Assembly (NCBI GenBank): GCA_004212155.1
Contig: RXIG01000019.1
Location: forward strand, 1 to 64,000
DNA length: 64,000 bases
Direction: 5' to 3'
Source: an archaeon
Lineage (GTDB): Archaea > Methanobacteriota_B > Thermococci > Methanofastidiosales > NM3
Shown: positions 29,195 through 39,861 of the stretch, in pieces
Position numbering within the stretch: the first letter of the stretch is position 1
How the letters are laid out: the number at the start of each line of letters is the position of its first letter
Position numbers and translations under genes: made by a program
The notes under the pieces: model-generated
What the model saw: only the letters and a program-made list of their open reading frames with translations
Database searches by the model: none
Told to the model about the DNA's origin: nothing

Positions 29195-30589
29195 ATGGCA
29201 CGACTCACCAATATCGATTCCTTTTTCTCGCCGCGCTCCGTAGCCATCGTTGGCGCATCGAACAAGAAGGGTAGCATCGGTAACGTGATATTCAAAAACT
29301 TTGTTGAAACTGCGTTCGAGGGTACGGTCTATCCCGTGACGCTCTCCTACGACACGGTGCTTGACCATACGGCGTACAAGTCGGTGCGCGACCTTCCAGA
29401 ATTGGTCGACCTTGCGGTCATAGCGATACCGGCTCCTGCCGTCAATACAGTCATGAGGGAGTGTGTTGACATCGGCGTGCCTGCGTGTGTTGTCATCACA
29501 GGCGGATTCTCCGAGATCGGAGAGAACGAACGGGAAGAAGAACTGAAATCAATCATCAGGGGCAGCGATACGCGCGTCATCGGCCCCAACTGCGTGGGCG
29601 TTTACGACCGTCGCACCCGGGTCGACACCATCTTCTTGCCCGAGGAACGCATGGGGCGCCCGAACAACGGCCCCATAAGCCTTGTATCGCAGTCCGGTGC
29701 GTTCGTTGCTGCAATGCTCGACTGGGCATCGCTTAACGGCATCGGCATGGACAAGGTGGTAAGCTTCGGGAACAAGATCGATGTCAACTATTCGGACCTC
29801 ATCATGTTCCTTGCAGAGGATGAGAACGTCGAGGTCATCACCATCTATATGGAGGGCCTCTCGAAAGGGAAGATGTTCATGGAGGCCACGGCTGCCGCAT
29901 CGCTTAAGACGCCGGTCGTGATATTCAAGTCAGGAAGGTCGAAGGCGGGTGCTGCCGCGGCCGCCTCGCACACGGGCAGCCTTGCGGGTTCGGACGCGAT
30001 CTACGACGCTGCGTTCAGGCAGGCAGGCGCCATACGTGTCTACTCCTCCGAGGAACTCTTTGACGTTGCTCGCATATTCCAGTGTAAGAAGGCTCCGGCA
30101 GGCACACGGGTAGCGATCATCACCGACGGTGGTGGGTCGGGGGTTATGGCAACCGATGCACTAGAGGATGGGGATCTCACCTTGGCGCCCCTGGACGAGG
30201 CCACGAAAAGCGCAATGGAGGAAAAGTTTCCGCCGTATTGCAGCGTGAAAAACCCTATCGACCTTACCGGCGATGCCGATGCAACACGTTATGACGTTGC
30301 ACTTGAGGAAGTACTCAACGACGACAACGTCGATGCAGTGCTGCTGATCATGCTCTTTCAGGTACCCACGCTTGGCGATGAGGTCGTAGGGCATGTGATC
30401 TCCCACTCAAGAAGGTCGGACAAGCCCATAATCGTCGTGTCCTCGGGGGGAAAGTACACCAAGGAGCGTGTTCGCGAACTCGAAGAGGGCGGACTCGTCT
30501 GTTACCCGACGCCCGAACGTGGCGTCAGGGCGCTATCGGCATTGTGCCACTATCATGCGTACAGACGAAAGAAAGGAAAAAAAGGATGA
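29195..30589 (+). CDS. acdA: ADP-forming acetate/acyl-CoA ligase, alpha subunit
   Basis: PRSVAIVGAS, GGFSE, IGPNC, SQSG, AASHTGSLAG (phospho-His), NPIDLTGDA. Confidence 0.9.
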   Translation: MARLTNIDSFFSPRSVAIVGASNKKGSIGNVIFKNFVETAFEGTVYPVTLSYDTVLDHTAYKSVRDLPELVDLAVIAIPAPAVNTVMRECVDIGVPACVVITGGFSEIGENEREEELKSIIRGSDTRVIGPNCVGVYDRRTRVDTIFLPEERMGRPNNGPISLVSQSGAFVAAMLDWASLNGIGMDKVVSFGNKIDVNYSDLIMFLAEDENVEVITIYMEGLSKGKMFMEATAAASLKTPVVIFKSGRSKAGAAAAASHTGSLAGSDAIYDAAFRQAGAIRVYSSEELFDVARIFQCKKAPAGTRVAIITDGGGSGVMATDALEDGDLTLAPLDEATKSAMEEKFPPYCSVKNPIDLTGDADATRYDVALEEVLNDDNVDAVLLIMLFQVPTLGDEVVGHVISHSRRSDKPIIVVSSGGKYTKERVRELEEGGLVCYPTPERGVRALSALCHYHAYRRKKGKKG

Positions 30590-31003
30590 TCACTCTTCGG
30601 TGATCTTGTCGATCTTCCATGTGCCCTTGTCGTTCTTCTTGAGCTTGAAGGTAAGATTTGACATCTGTTCACGCTCATCGTCTTTGAGCTCCACATCAAG
30701 ATTGACGTAGGCAGTGTCATCAAGGATGCGCACATTGATGAATCGTATGATCTTTAATGAAAGATTCGTCTCCTCGGCCGATGTGAAGACCTGCTCGAGG
30801 CTGCTCTTGAGCTTCTCGGGCCCGCCACTCGACTCCACCATGTCATCGCTGAAGAGGGTGACGATGGTCTCTGCATCGTGATTGTTGTATGCGTTGTAGT
30901 AGGAACGTACAACGTCCTTGGCGTTGTCCTCCTCGCTACCGCCTATGCATCCGGCACATAGCAACGAGGCTATGAGGAGTGAAATGATCAAAGCCTTCTT
31001 CAT
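30590..31003 (-). CDS. Lipoprotein, NTF2-like (DUF4878-like)
   Basis: MKKALII...LCAGC lipobox; 'VVRSYYNAYN..D', C-terminal 'LKKNDKGTWKI'. Confidence 0.75.
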   Translation of the reverse strand: MKKALIISLLIASLLCAGCIGGSEEDNAKDVVRSYYNAYNNHDAETIVTLFSDDMVESSGGPEKLKSSLEQVFTSAEETNLSLKIIRFINVRILDDTAYVNLDVELKDDEREQMSNLTFKLKKNDKGTWKIDKITEE

Positions 31004-31023
31004 GATATCACCTGTTGGCACGA

Positions 31024-32214
31024 TTATCGGAATATGCTCTCAACGTTTCCAGGGTCAGCACACGGCTTGTGCATCACCTTGCCCACGGCGCGGACGAAGT
31101 CACGATGGGTCACATGGTTCCTCCTTTCACGCACAGCGAACATGCCCGCTTCCGTACATATCGCCTTGATCTGTGCGCCGGAGACGCTCTCGGTCATGTC
31201 GACGAGCTTGTTGAAGTCAACGTCCTTTAGTTTCATGCGCTTGGAATGGATAGAAAAGATCGACCTTCTCCCTTCCTTGTTGGGCGGTGGCACTTCCACA
31301 AGCCTGTCGAATCTGCCTGGTCGCAAGAGTGCCGTGTCGAGTATGTCTGGTCGATTCGTGGCCGCAAGTATCTTGATGTCCTCCCGTTTCTCGAAACCAT
31401 CCATCTCGGAGAGCAACTGCATGAGGGTCCTTTGCACCTCTCGGTCGCCTGAGACGCTCGACTCGGTACGCGTGGCACCGATAGCATCGAGCTCGTCGAT
31501 GAAGATGACGGCGGGCGCCTTCTCCTTTGCGAGCTTGAACGTCTCGCGCACCAGGCGCGCACCCTCTCCAATATACTTGCGCACGAACTCGGACGCCACG
31601 ACCTTGATAAACGTCGACGATGTCTCCCCTGCAACCGCCTTTGCAAGCTGGGTCTTGCCATTGCCGGGCGGACCGTAGAGCAGGACGCCGTTTGGCGGGT
31701 CGATGCCCACCTGCTCGAAGAGCTCGGGACTCACAAGGGGCAGCTCCACCATCTCGCGTATCTCCTGGATCTTCTCATCGAGCCCGCCGATGTCCTTGAA
31801 CGACGTATCGGGGCACGAGATGATCTCCATGCCAGAGACCGCCGGGTCCTTGGACGATGGCAGGACCTCGAGGATGGAGAGCGTGCGCTGATTGAGCGCC
31901 ACCAATGTACCTGGGAATAGGTCGTCAGTGTCGATAAGTTGTGAAACGCCAACGACAAAGTGTGGGCCTGAAGAGCTCTTGACGATGGCCCTCCCGTCAA
32001 GAAGGCGATCGATGACAGTCGCTGTGATGAGCGGTGGTGTCCTGAGGCGTTCCAATTCCTTGCGTAGGGCCTCGACCTCACGTTGTAACCGCACCTTCTC
32101 AGACTCGGCGTTTTGTTTCTGGACTTCCAGATACTTGATCTTCTTTAGCAGCGTCTGCACTTGCTGGTTCTCATCACCTGAACGTAGATAATCAAAGCTT
32201 GCTGACTCGCCCAA
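31024..32214 (-). CDS. pan: Proteasome-activating nucleotidase
   Basis: N-terminal coiled coil plus OB domain, [37 protein letters not shown], HbYX-like C-terminus IFR. Confidence 0.95.
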   Translation of the reverse strand: MGESASFDYLRSGDENQQVQTLLKKIKYLEVQKQNAESEKVRLQREVEALRKELERLRTPPLITATVIDRLLDGRAIVKSSSGPHFVVGVSQLIDTDDLFPGTLVALNQRTLSILEVLPSSKDPAVSGMEIISCPDTSFKDIGGLDEKIQEIREMVELPLVSPELFEQVGIDPPNGVLLYGPPGNGKTQLAKAVAGETSSTFIKVVASEFVRKYIGEGARLVRETFKLAKEKAPAVIFIDELDAIGATRTESSVSGDREVQRTLMQLLSEMDGFEKREDIKILAATNRPDILDTALLRPGRFDRLVEVPPPNKEGRRSIFSIHSKRMKLKDVDFNKLVDMTESVSGAQIKAICTEAGMFAVRERRNHVTHRDFVRAVGKVMHKPCADPGNVESIFR

Positions 32215-32351
32215 TCGAACACCTCTTTTAAATTACCTTTTTCTCAGGGGCATATTTAAACCTTTTTATTACATTTTTGGGACCTTTGGCCGTTCCTGAT
32301 CGTTTGGCGCACCATTAATTCTTTATGTATTATGCTCCTACGTGACCTTGA

Positions 32352-33920
32352 GTGAACACGATGATCGAGATAACATCGCTTGACGGCAAGAGAGAGGGTA
32401 TGTTCCACCATGGTGAAACGTCGTGTACGTTTCCGGGACTGCTCACGTTCAGGAAGGATTCGATGTCTTGGGGCGCGCTTTCTATCGAGAAACCGCTTTC
32501 CTATCCATTCAGGTCGCACCTCCATGGTACCGGATTGTCGGTGACGCCGTTGCTTCGCGTCTATCCGGGCGCCCCGCCAGGCGTTGCACGCAGGCTGCAG
32601 GAGGCAAATGCATCCTTACGAGAGGGGGGAGATGTCACCACCGTCTTCCTGAGCGGCTACGACGACATCGACACAGCGTTCGTACGCTCGCTCAACGAAT
32701 CGAAGCTGTTCCTCTTTGACCTGCGGGAAGAACGAGCGTTCCTGCGTCATTTCTTCATGCTACGAAAGCGATACCCCAACGCGGTGAGCTACGTCGACTG
32801 CCCCCCAGAGACGGTCCCCGTGCTCGCGTACGCAGGTGTCGACATTTTTCCCGATACGCCACAGCATCGGGCGGAGCTTGCATCGTTTCTCGAAGACCCG
32901 ACGCCGCATTATGTCGAGATGAGGGCATGCGCATCACTTTGCGCCAAGCGGCTCCTCGACCTCCTCTACCATGAGTTCTGGGGGGAGCATGAGCCCTATG
33001 TGGCCACTCCGGACGACCAGGAGCTGTTCATATCGTCCGACTCGTTCTGGCGACCCACCGTTCGCAGATGGGAGCGCGAGGTGTCCACCAATTACGTGCC
33101 TCCCTCAAACGTCTGCGTGCTCCTCCCATGCTCGGCGCGCAAGCCCTACAGTTCATCACAAAGCCACAAAACGTTCATAGCATCCATGCGCAAGGCGCTG
33201 CGCTCACGCTACCCTTCGCTCACGCAACTCATCGTCACATCGCCGTACGGTGTCGTGCCACGCGAACTCGAAACGCTCATCGATTACGACACGGTCGTAA
33301 CGGGACGGTGGAGCCATGACGAGGTGGAGCGATCGCGCACGATGGTGCGTACCATCCTCGAAAAGATGGAGGACCCCTTCGTCATCGCACACCTTCCCGA
33401 AAACGAACAGGCGATCCTTGATGGCCTTCCCTGCGACGTGAAGGTGACATGCGACGGCCACCCGCTCTCGGCCCCTTCGATGCGAGCGCTTGAGGATACA
33501 CTACGAAGCGTGGCCGATCGTATCGACACCGCCGCAAAGTCCCATGCGCACATGCGCACGCTGTCGCGGTTCCTCTACGGCACCGATGTCTTCGGCGAGG
33601 ACATACGCATCAAGGGACGAGGGGTCAAACAGGTTTATGAAGGGTCAAGCTGCGTTGCATCGTTTGACAAGACCATCCGTCCCTTCTCGACACATGCGCC
33701 AATCCGCAGACGATGGGTATCGATGATGGACTTCGACCTCAAAGGTGACCTCTTCTGTGTCGGCATCGAGGATGCCGACGACGACATACGCCCCGGAGAC
33801 GAGGTCGTCATCACGCGCAACGGGGAGATGGTCGCCTCGGGCAAGGCGCTCCTTCCCGGCCACATGATGTCCCGCATGCGCAGGGGAAAGGCCGTCAAGG
33901 TCAAGAAACGCTGCGGCTAG
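32352..33920 (+). CDS. arcS: Archaeosine synthase subunit alpha (ArcS; DUF5591 plus PUA)
   Basis: LLPCSARKPYSSSQSH, IVTSPYGVVPRELE, YDTVVTGRW, C-terminal PUA (ADDDIRPGDEV...GKAVKV). Confidence 0.85.
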   Translation: MNTMIEITSLDGKREGMFHHGETSCTFPGLLTFRKDSMSWGALSIEKPLSYPFRSHLHGTGLSVTPLLRVYPGAPPGVARRLQEANASLREGGDVTTVFLSGYDDIDTAFVRSLNESKLFLFDLREERAFLRHFFMLRKRYPNAVSYVDCPPETVPVLAYAGVDIFPDTPQHRAELASFLEDPTPHYVEMRACASLCAKRLLDLLYHEFWGEHEPYVATPDDQELFISSDSFWRPTVRRWEREVSTNYVPPSNVCVLLPCSARKPYSSSQSHKTFIASMRKALRSRYPSLTQLIVTSPYGVVPRELETLIDYDTVVTGRWSHDEVERSRTMVRTILEKMEDPFVIAHLPENEQAILDGLPCDVKVTCDGHPLSAPSMRALEDTLRSVADRIDTAAKSHAHMRTLSRFLYGTDVFGEDIRIKGRGVKQVYEGSSCVASFDKTIRPFSTHAPIRRRWVSMMDFDLKGDLFCVGIEDADDDIRPGDEVVITRNGEMVASGKALLPGHMMSRMRRGKAVKVKKRCG

Positions 33921-34771
33921 AGCACGTCGAGCACGAGCCCGATGCCGATCAGTACGAGCGCCCCGCCCCCGATGACAAGCATTGTCGGGACCTCCCCAAG
34001 CACAATCCATGCAAGAAAAGACGCGCCGATGGGTTCGGCAACGATGGTGGCGCTTACCGTCGGAGCTGGAAGGTACTTGAGCGCATAGTTGTAGGCCGTA
34101 TGCCCCAGGCACGAAGGACCTGCCGCAAGAAGGAAAAAGATCACGTAATCTGCAAGCGGATACCCCGTCATAGGGTACCCGAGCGCCAGGGGCAACGCCA
34201 CAATGAAGAGAAACGAGATAAGATAAACGATGCTCACATATGGGAGCGTGCCAACGGACCTGCGCACATGACGGCCTATGACCAGATACAGAGCAACGCC
34301 AAGCGCACCGCAAAACGCAAGTGTCACCCCTTGTATGGAAAGGCGCACGATGGCCTCGTTGAGGACGATGACCGCGCCGCCAAGCAGTGCGCACATAAGC
34401 CCGACCGAACCCTTTCGCGATATGCCCTCTTTTAAGAGAACCATCGACAGGACAAGCACGATGAGCGGTGATGAGTTCACCACAATGACGCTCACGGCGA
34501 CGCTTGTGTAGAAAAGCGACGAGATCCACGTGGCGAAGTGGATACCAAGCGCGATGCCCGCAACGATCATGAGCGCCGCGTCCCTGCGCGCAAGGCTGCG
34601 AAGCGGAGGCCATTCGTTGCGGAGGGTGGTTGCCGTTACCATGATGGCGCTGGCGATTCCCATCCGATATGCGGCTATGACAAGCGGGTCAGCACTGCTC
34701 AATCGTATGAGAATGCTTGCGGCCGAAACGAAGACAAGACCACCCATGAGCATCATGCGCACCGAGTACAC
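33917..34771 (-). CDS. EamA/DMT family transporter
   Basis: 10-TM repeat; IHFATWISSL.YTSVA, GHTAYNYALKY, AEPIGA. Confidence 0.9.
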   Translation of the reverse strand: MYSVRMMLMGGLVFVSAASILIRLSSADPLVIAAYRMGIASAIMVTATTLRNEWPPLRSLARRDAALMIVAGIALGIHFATWISSLFYTSVAVSVIVVNSSPLIVLVLSMVLLKEGISRKGSVGLMCALLGGAVIVLNEAIVRLSIQGVTLAFCGALGVALYLVIGRHVRRSVGTLPYVSIVYLISFLFIVALPLALGYPMTGYPLADYVIFFLLAAGPSCLGHTAYNYALKYLPAPTVSATIVAEPIGASFLAWIVLGEVPTMLVIGGGALVLIGIGLVLDVL

Positions 34772-34846
34772 ATGTAGAGAACGAAAGACGTCTTTTTAAG
34801 AGTTGAGTTGAAAGATAAAAAAGAGGGGACAAAAGAAAAAGAAAGA

Positions 34847-35110
34847 TCAGATGCGTCGGTCCTTGACCTGTTGTTCGAGGCACTTGAGCTCCTCAACGAG
34901 GCTTTCGTATTCCTGAAGCCTGTGCACGAGGATGCCAAGATGCTCGATGGCAACGACATCGTCCTCACCGTAGATGGGCACGTAGATCTTGATGGCCTCG
35001 GGAAAGGGATTGCCCACAAGGACGTCCCTGTACCCAAGATTCGCCTGATTCTCAACGATGTACCCACCGAGATTCATCACCTGTTTTGGCATGAGTATAT
35101 ACTTAGGCAT
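34847..35110 (-). CDS. ehbP: Energy-converting hydrogenase B subunit P
   Basis: NLGGYIVE..YRDVLVGNP..IKIYVP pattern; last gene of the operon. Confidence 0.8.
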   Translation of the reverse strand: MPKYILMPKQVMNLGGYIVENQANLGYRDVLVGNPFPEAIKIYVPIYGEDDVVAIEHLGILVHRLQEYESLVEELKCLEQQVKDRRI

Positions 35111-35122
35111 TGTTGTTCACCT

Positions 35123-36148
35123 CTAGAGCATGGCCACTATCAGCCCGATGACACCAAGTGCACTAAATCCCAACGAGAGCGGATAGACCTGCTTGAACGT
35201 GAGCACGGGCGTGAACGCGGATACGATCGCAGCACCCACGGGCAGCAGCATGACGAGTATGATGTGTGGTATGAGCGCCCATCCTATCATGGGAGGGATG
35301 CCAAAGTAGAGCGTCACGAAGACGCTTGACATGACAAATATCGTCACCTCTCGCATGAGGTAGTATCCGGCACGGGCCCATGCGGCGTATTCGAGGGTCG
35401 GCCCCTCCACGACATCGGCCTTCGTATGCATGATCGAGAACGGATACTCGTTGAGTATAACGAGGTACCCTGCAAAGTATGCGATCGCACCGATGGCCCC
35501 CGGCACCGTGAATATGAGCGGGTCGAGCGAGAACAGGTCCCGTAACACAAACGTCGCGGGATCGAATCCCTGCGCTGAGGCAACGGCCATGATACCGATG
35601 CTCCCATACATCACCGCCGGTACGAAGAGGCCGATGTAGAGCGGAAACGAACCGATCGAGATGAGCTTGAACGTTCGTACCACCGCGACCTGCTCGAAGA
35701 ATCGGCGTACCTTCCCCTTCATGACCGCGCCCTTCACTTGATCGGGATAGGGCATCCTCACGGAAAGGATCGACTTCGAAAGATTCCCCATGAACAGATA
35801 GAGCATCTCCTCGACCTTCATGAGGCCCGCGATCGCAACGAGCGTGCCAAGCGTGAGTACCGTCTCCCATGCAGGCGTCGTGAGGAGTATGATGAAGAAC
35901 ATTAGGAATATGCCGATGACCGGAAGCGAGTGGTAAAGGCGAGGCATGGGCGAGACAGGACGTATGCGCTCCTTGTAGAGGAACTTGAAAAATGCCCAGA
36001 ATCCAGGCGTGAGCACGGGTGGACCGATGCGGAGCTGGATACGTGCCTGTATCTTCCGCATGATTCCCGGCAGCCATGTCGAGACGACAAAGGCCACGAT
36101 TGGGATGCAGACGGTCGTTATGGCAAAGTCAATCCAGTCCATCATCAC
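35123..36148 (-). CDS. ehbO: Ehb subunit O (NuoH-like membrane subunit)
   Basis: PGIMRKIQARIQLRIGPP, KFLYKE, EYPF...ADVVEGP. Confidence 0.87.
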   Translation of the reverse strand: MMMDWIDFAITTVCIPIVAFVVSTWLPGIMRKIQARIQLRIGPPVLTPGFWAFFKFLYKERIRPVSPMPRLYHSLPVIGIFLMFFIILLTTPAWETVLTLGTLVAIAGLMKVEEMLYLFMGNLSKSILSVRMPYPDQVKGAVMKGKVRRFFEQVAVVRTFKLISIGSFPLYIGLFVPAVMYGSIGIMAVASAQGFDPATFVLRDLFSLDPLIFTVPGAIGAIAYFAGYLVILNEYPFSIMHTKADVVEGPTLEYAAWARAGYYLMREVTIFVMSSVFVTLYFGIPPMIGWALIPHIILVMLLPVGAAIVSAFTPVLTFKQVYPLSLGFSALGVIGLIVAML

Positions 36149-37332
36149 ACCCTCCTCGCAAGACGAAGGACGTCCTCTGGCTCCATGACATAGTTGGTAC
36201 CCTTTTTCTCGTCAACGACGGTCATGCGATTGGTGCAGGTAAGGCACGGGTCGCACGAGGCGATGGTGATGCTCGCATCGGTCAGATGGTCGCCGATGCA
36301 GGACACCTCCATTGCCGAAAGCGATGACATCGACGGCGTCCTGTTGATGTAGCTGCGTATCCTTCCAACCTCGTCGAGCGCACACGAGTCGTATATCTCA
36401 CCGCGTGCGGCCTCGTTGTACGACGTCGAGTACCCCATGGCACCTAGCTCGAAATCGACGTTGGTCGGGTCCTCGTCCGGGAGCGTCTCGAGCGCCTGGC
36501 GTATGATCTTTATCGACTCCAAGCATTCAAACACCCTGCATGCCACACGGTCGAGCACGGTGCCGCCGTCGCGTACGATGACCTCGAAGTCGAAATGGTC
36601 GCGGTACTCGGGAAGCTTGTAGCGCCAGTCGAAGTCGATGCCCGATGCGCGCATGTTTGGTCCCAGAGCACCGTACTTGACGGCGTCCTCCTTGCTGAGA
36701 TAGCCGATCTCCTTGATACGGGACACGATGAATGGATCGTTGAGCACACGGGCCGCGAACTCGCGCAGGTCGGTCTCGAGCTTGTCGATCATCGAAAACA
36801 TCGTCTGGCGTTTCTCATGGGATATGTCGGCGCGAGGGCGTATGCCCCCTAACACCGGTATGGTGTAGTGCACCCTGTTGCCCGAGAGGACGAACAAGAT
36901 GTTTTGCACCGGCTCCCTGACCATGAAGCAACGCATCGAGAACGTCTCATGGCCGAGGATCTCGAATGCGTGACCCAGATAGAGCAGGTGGGAGTGCAAA
37001 CGTTCGAGCTCGTTTCCTATCACCCTGATGTGGTGCGCACGCTGGGGAACATCGATGCCAAGCCCTCGCTCGACCATGCGCGTTCCGTTCCATATGTGGA
37101 TGTGCGAGCATATGCCGCAGATGCGCTCGGTGAGGATGAGGCCCTTTTGTATCGGCATGCCCTCCATGATGCGTTCGATTCCGCGGTGTGCGGTATCGTA
37201 GGTGATCTCGGCATCGACGACGACCTCGTCATCGACGAAAAGGCGTATCCTGAACGGTTCCAAGAGGGCCGAGTGGACCATGCCCATCGGCACTTCGACC
37301 TCTGCCCTGTCCTTTCGATCTGTATCAGCCAT
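36145..37332 (-). CDS. ehbN: Ehb [NiFe] hydrogenase large subunit (group 4)
   Basis: HRGIERI, L1 ERICGICSHIH, L2 DPCLTCTNR plus C-terminal extension; start MADTD. Confidence 0.92.
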   Translation of the reverse strand: MADTDRKDRAEVEVPMGMVHSALLEPFRIRLFVDDEVVVDAEITYDTAHRGIERIMEGMPIQKGLILTERICGICSHIHIWNGTRMVERGLGIDVPQRAHHIRVIGNELERLHSHLLYLGHAFEILGHETFSMRCFMVREPVQNILFVLSGNRVHYTIPVLGGIRPRADISHEKRQTMFSMIDKLETDLREFAARVLNDPFIVSRIKEIGYLSKEDAVKYGALGPNMRASGIDFDWRYKLPEYRDHFDFEVIVRDGGTVLDRVACRVFECLESIKIIRQALETLPDEDPTNVDFELGAMGYSTSYNEAARGEIYDSCALDEVGRIRSYINRTPSMSSLSAMEVSCIGDHLTDASITIASCDPCLTCTNRMTVVDEKKGTNYVMEPEDVLRLARRV

Positions 37333-37337
37333 CTCGA

Positions 37338-37784
37338 TCACCTCTTCCCCGCAAGTATTGGTATGACCGATGCGACGGCCTGAAGGATGTCCTCGGGCCG
37401 TGGCGGGCATCCGGGGATGTATGCATCAACGGGAATCACCTTGTTGACACCGCCAACGATCTGGTCAGAGCTGCCAAGGTCGCCCCCGAGATTTGCGTAG
37501 GGGCCGCCAATGATGGCACATGTGCCGATGGCAGCGACGAGCTTTGGTTCGGGTATCGCCGCGTAGATCTCCTTGAGGGCGGGCTCCATCTTCCTCGTGA
37601 CAGGACCCGTGACGGCCAGTATGTCGGCCTCGCGGGGATTCCATGTGAGCATGACCTTATACTGTTCAAGGTCGTAGAAGGGCGACATGACCGCATTGAC
37701 GACCTCGATGTCGCACCCATTGCACCCGCCGGTATAGACGAGCATGATGTGAACAGCGTTTTTCCTGGATATTTCTTTCAACAT
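37338..37784 (-). CDS. ehbM: Ehb small subunit (NuoB-like)
   Basis: [30 protein letters not shown]. Confidence 0.92.
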   Translation of the reverse strand: MLKEISRKNAVHIMLVYTGGCNGCDIEVVNAVMSPFYDLEQYKVMLTWNPREADILAVTGPVTRKMEPALKEIYAAIPEPKLVAAIGTCAIIGGPYANLGGDLGSSDQIVGGVNKVIPVDAYIPGCPPRPEDILQAVASVIPILAGKR

Positions 37785-38275
37785 TATGAGCCCTCCTTGA
37801 GAAGATTCCTTGCCTTTTCATCCAAAAGCGATATCACTGCCTCGAACTCCTTATCGTCCTTCATTACGATCGGTTGCTGCAACAGCTCTGCAAGATTGAC
37901 GTCGAACTCGCCTACATGACGCGGATGGATGGCAGCCGGTTTGCCGTAGAACGCAAAGATGGGGCAGCTGTCATGGCACTGGAAGCAGTACATGCACTTC
38001 ATCGGGTCGAACACAGGGTGTTTTTCCTTGACGTAGTCCTTGGTGATCTCCACCGGTTCCTCCAAGTCTTCCATATGGATCGCATCGACGGGACAGATGT
38101 TCGCGCATGCGCTGCAGCCGATGCACGCATTTTCATTTACCACCTTCGGGTATGTGATCTGGCCCGTGGCTATCTTGTTGCGCATGGGAATCGATGTCTT
38201 GCGTTCGTTCGCAAAGAGTATGCGCCCGAGATTGTTATATGCGCCCTTGAACATGAAGACGATCATGCGCTTCAT
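37784..38275 (-). CDS. ehbL: Ehb 2[4Fe-4S] subunit
   Basis: [12 protein letters not shown] and [12 protein letters not shown]; AIHPR. Confidence 0.85.
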   Translation of the reverse strand: MKRMIVFMFKGAYNNLGRILFANERKTSIPMRNKIATGQITYPKVVNENACIGCSACANICPVDAIHMEDLEEPVEITKDYVKEKHPVFDPMKCMYCFQCHDSCPIFAFYGKPAAIHPRHVGEFDVNLAELLQQPIVMKDDKEFEAVISLLDEKARNLLKEGS

Positions 38276-39609
38276 TCGCTCACCTCCTTCGTTCTCCCAT
38301 CGATGATGACGTCATCGATCTCAGTGGTCACGCGCACGGCATGGGCTGGGCAGATGTTGTCGCACGCACCGCAGAAGATGCATTTGTCAAGGTCCCATTC
38401 CAGGTCGTCCGATATGGCGTCAGTGGGACATATTTCCACGCACTTCTTGCAGTCGACACAGAGATTGGGCTTGTATTCCACCGAGCCGCCGCGTACCTCC
38501 ATCTTGTCATAGGGTGTGAAGGGTATGGCGTTGAAGGGACATACCATCGAGCACACCCCGCAGAGGTCGCATGTGTCGAGGTCGACATGGAATCCATCCT
38601 TGTCGACGTAGATGCATTCGCGGGGACACATCTCCATGCAGAGGCCACAGCGAACGCAGTCCTCCGTCACGTCGCCCTGCCACTTCGTCTTCTTGAGCGT
38701 TATGGCCTTTTCGGGGCATGCCTTCACGCAGCGTCCGCAAAGGATGCAGTGTCCCTGGTAGAGGCCCTCCTCGCTCCGATGGCGCATGTCGTAGGGACAG
38801 ACGAGCAGGCAGAGGCCGCACTCGGTGCACTTGTCGTCCTCGTAGACGATGCGAGGCCCTTTGCGTTTGAGCGCTCCAAAGTGGCAAGCGTCAACGCAGT
38901 TGTTGCAGTTGACACAGTAACGTATGTGAGCTTCGTTCTCGCCTGTGTTGATCGTTATCGTGCCATCAACCATGGAGATGGCGTCGACGGGGCAGTTGCG
39001 CACACACTTGTAGCACTTAATGCAGCGCTTGTCGCTGACCTCAGGCACATTGATCGCATTCGTGGGGCAAATCTCCTCACACAGCTTGCAATCGGTGCAC
39101 ACGCCCCGCGGTGCGTCGAGGATCATGGCATTGGCAGGACATATGTTCCTGCACCTGCCGCAGTTCGTGCATTTCTCCCTGTCGATGAATACCGATGTTT
39201 TCGATACCTCGTTCTTCTTGGTCGAGGTCACCGGTTCCTCGATGTTCTCAAACGACTTGTTGTCAACGTCGTATGCGATCAATCCTGTGACGTTCTTCTT
39301 TGCGCTCACAGGGCATACATCGGCGCAGACTCCGCACATCGAGCATTCCCCGTAGGATGAATCGTCGATGAGTTGTATGAACCTGAACGGGCAGTTCTTC
39401 ACGCAGATGCCGCAGCCCGTGCACAGCTCCCTGTCGACGACATAGCCGCCGTACTGATTCTTGAAGATGGCCTTGGAGGGGCACACCTCGGCACACTTGC
39501 CGCACGTGACGCAGTTGAACGCTTTCTTGTCAGTGGTGAGTATCGCGTGTGTGGGACATGCCTCGACACAATTTAAGCACAAGGTACAGTCGTCAGTTGT
39601 GTAGTACAT
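38272..39609 (-). CDS. ehbK: Ehb polyferredoxin (14 CxxCxxCxxxC motifs)
   Basis: Counted 14 ferredoxin motifs, as expected for EhbK. Confidence 0.9.
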   Translation of the reverse strand: MYYTTDDCTLCLNCVEACPTHAILTTDKKAFNCVTCGKCAEVCPSKAIFKNQYGGYVVDRELCTGCGICVKNCPFRFIQLIDDSSYGECSMCGVCADVCPVSAKKNVTGLIAYDVDNKSFENIEEPVTSTKKNEVSKTSVFIDREKCTNCGRCRNICPANAMILDAPRGVCTDCKLCEEICPTNAINVPEVSDKRCIKCYKCVRNCPVDAISMVDGTITINTGENEAHIRYCVNCNNCVDACHFGALKRKGPRIVYEDDKCTECGLCLLVCPYDMRHRSEEGLYQGHCILCGRCVKACPEKAITLKKTKWQGDVTEDCVRCGLCMEMCPRECIYVDKDGFHVDLDTCDLCGVCSMVCPFNAIPFTPYDKMEVRGGSVEYKPNLCVDCKKCVEICPTDAISDDLEWDLDKCIFCGACDNICPAHAVRVTTEIDDVIIDGRTKEVSE

Positions 39610-39612
39610 TGA

Positions 39613-39861
39613 TTACTTCCCCCCTATGGCCTTTCCTATCAGCAGCCCGACGATGATGGAGAAGAAGATGCCCGATACGGGTAACTCCATGCCTATCTCC
39701 CACGTGTAGAAGGGAAAGCTTCCCATCATGACATCGATAAAAATCGATAACCCAACCACCGTAGCGTAGGTCTTTGCATTGAAGTAGTCGCCGCGGATGA
39801 ACGTGCCAAGCACCACACCGAGCACGAGGGCGATAACGAGGACACCAATAAGCGTGCTCAT
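39613..39861 (-). CDS. ehbJ: Ehb small membrane subunit J
   Basis: 3 TM helices, 'GSFPFY', position between the MnhB-like gene and ehbK. Confidence 0.75.
   Translation of the reverse strand: MSTLIGVLVIALVLGVVLGTFIRGDYFNAKTYATVVGLSIFIDVMMGSFPFYTWEIGMELPVSGIFFSIIVGLLIGKAIGGK

Noticed and set aside
33645-34613. 322-aa minus-strand ORF
   Set aside because: Off-frame over the EamA gene and antisense to arcS.
35163-36077. 304-aa alternative-frame ORF within ehbO
   Set aside because: Arg/His/Gly-rich off-frame composition overlapping a well-supported gene.
36145-37332. Possible selenocysteine or stop-codon recoding in the hydrogenase
   Set aside because: All four Ni-ligand Cys are normal codons. 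No in-frame UGA/UAG interruption or SECIS-like element was seen in the window.
38341-39360. 339-aa plus-strand Ala/Val-rich ORF
   Set aside because: Mirror frame of the Cys-rich ehbK polyferredoxin.
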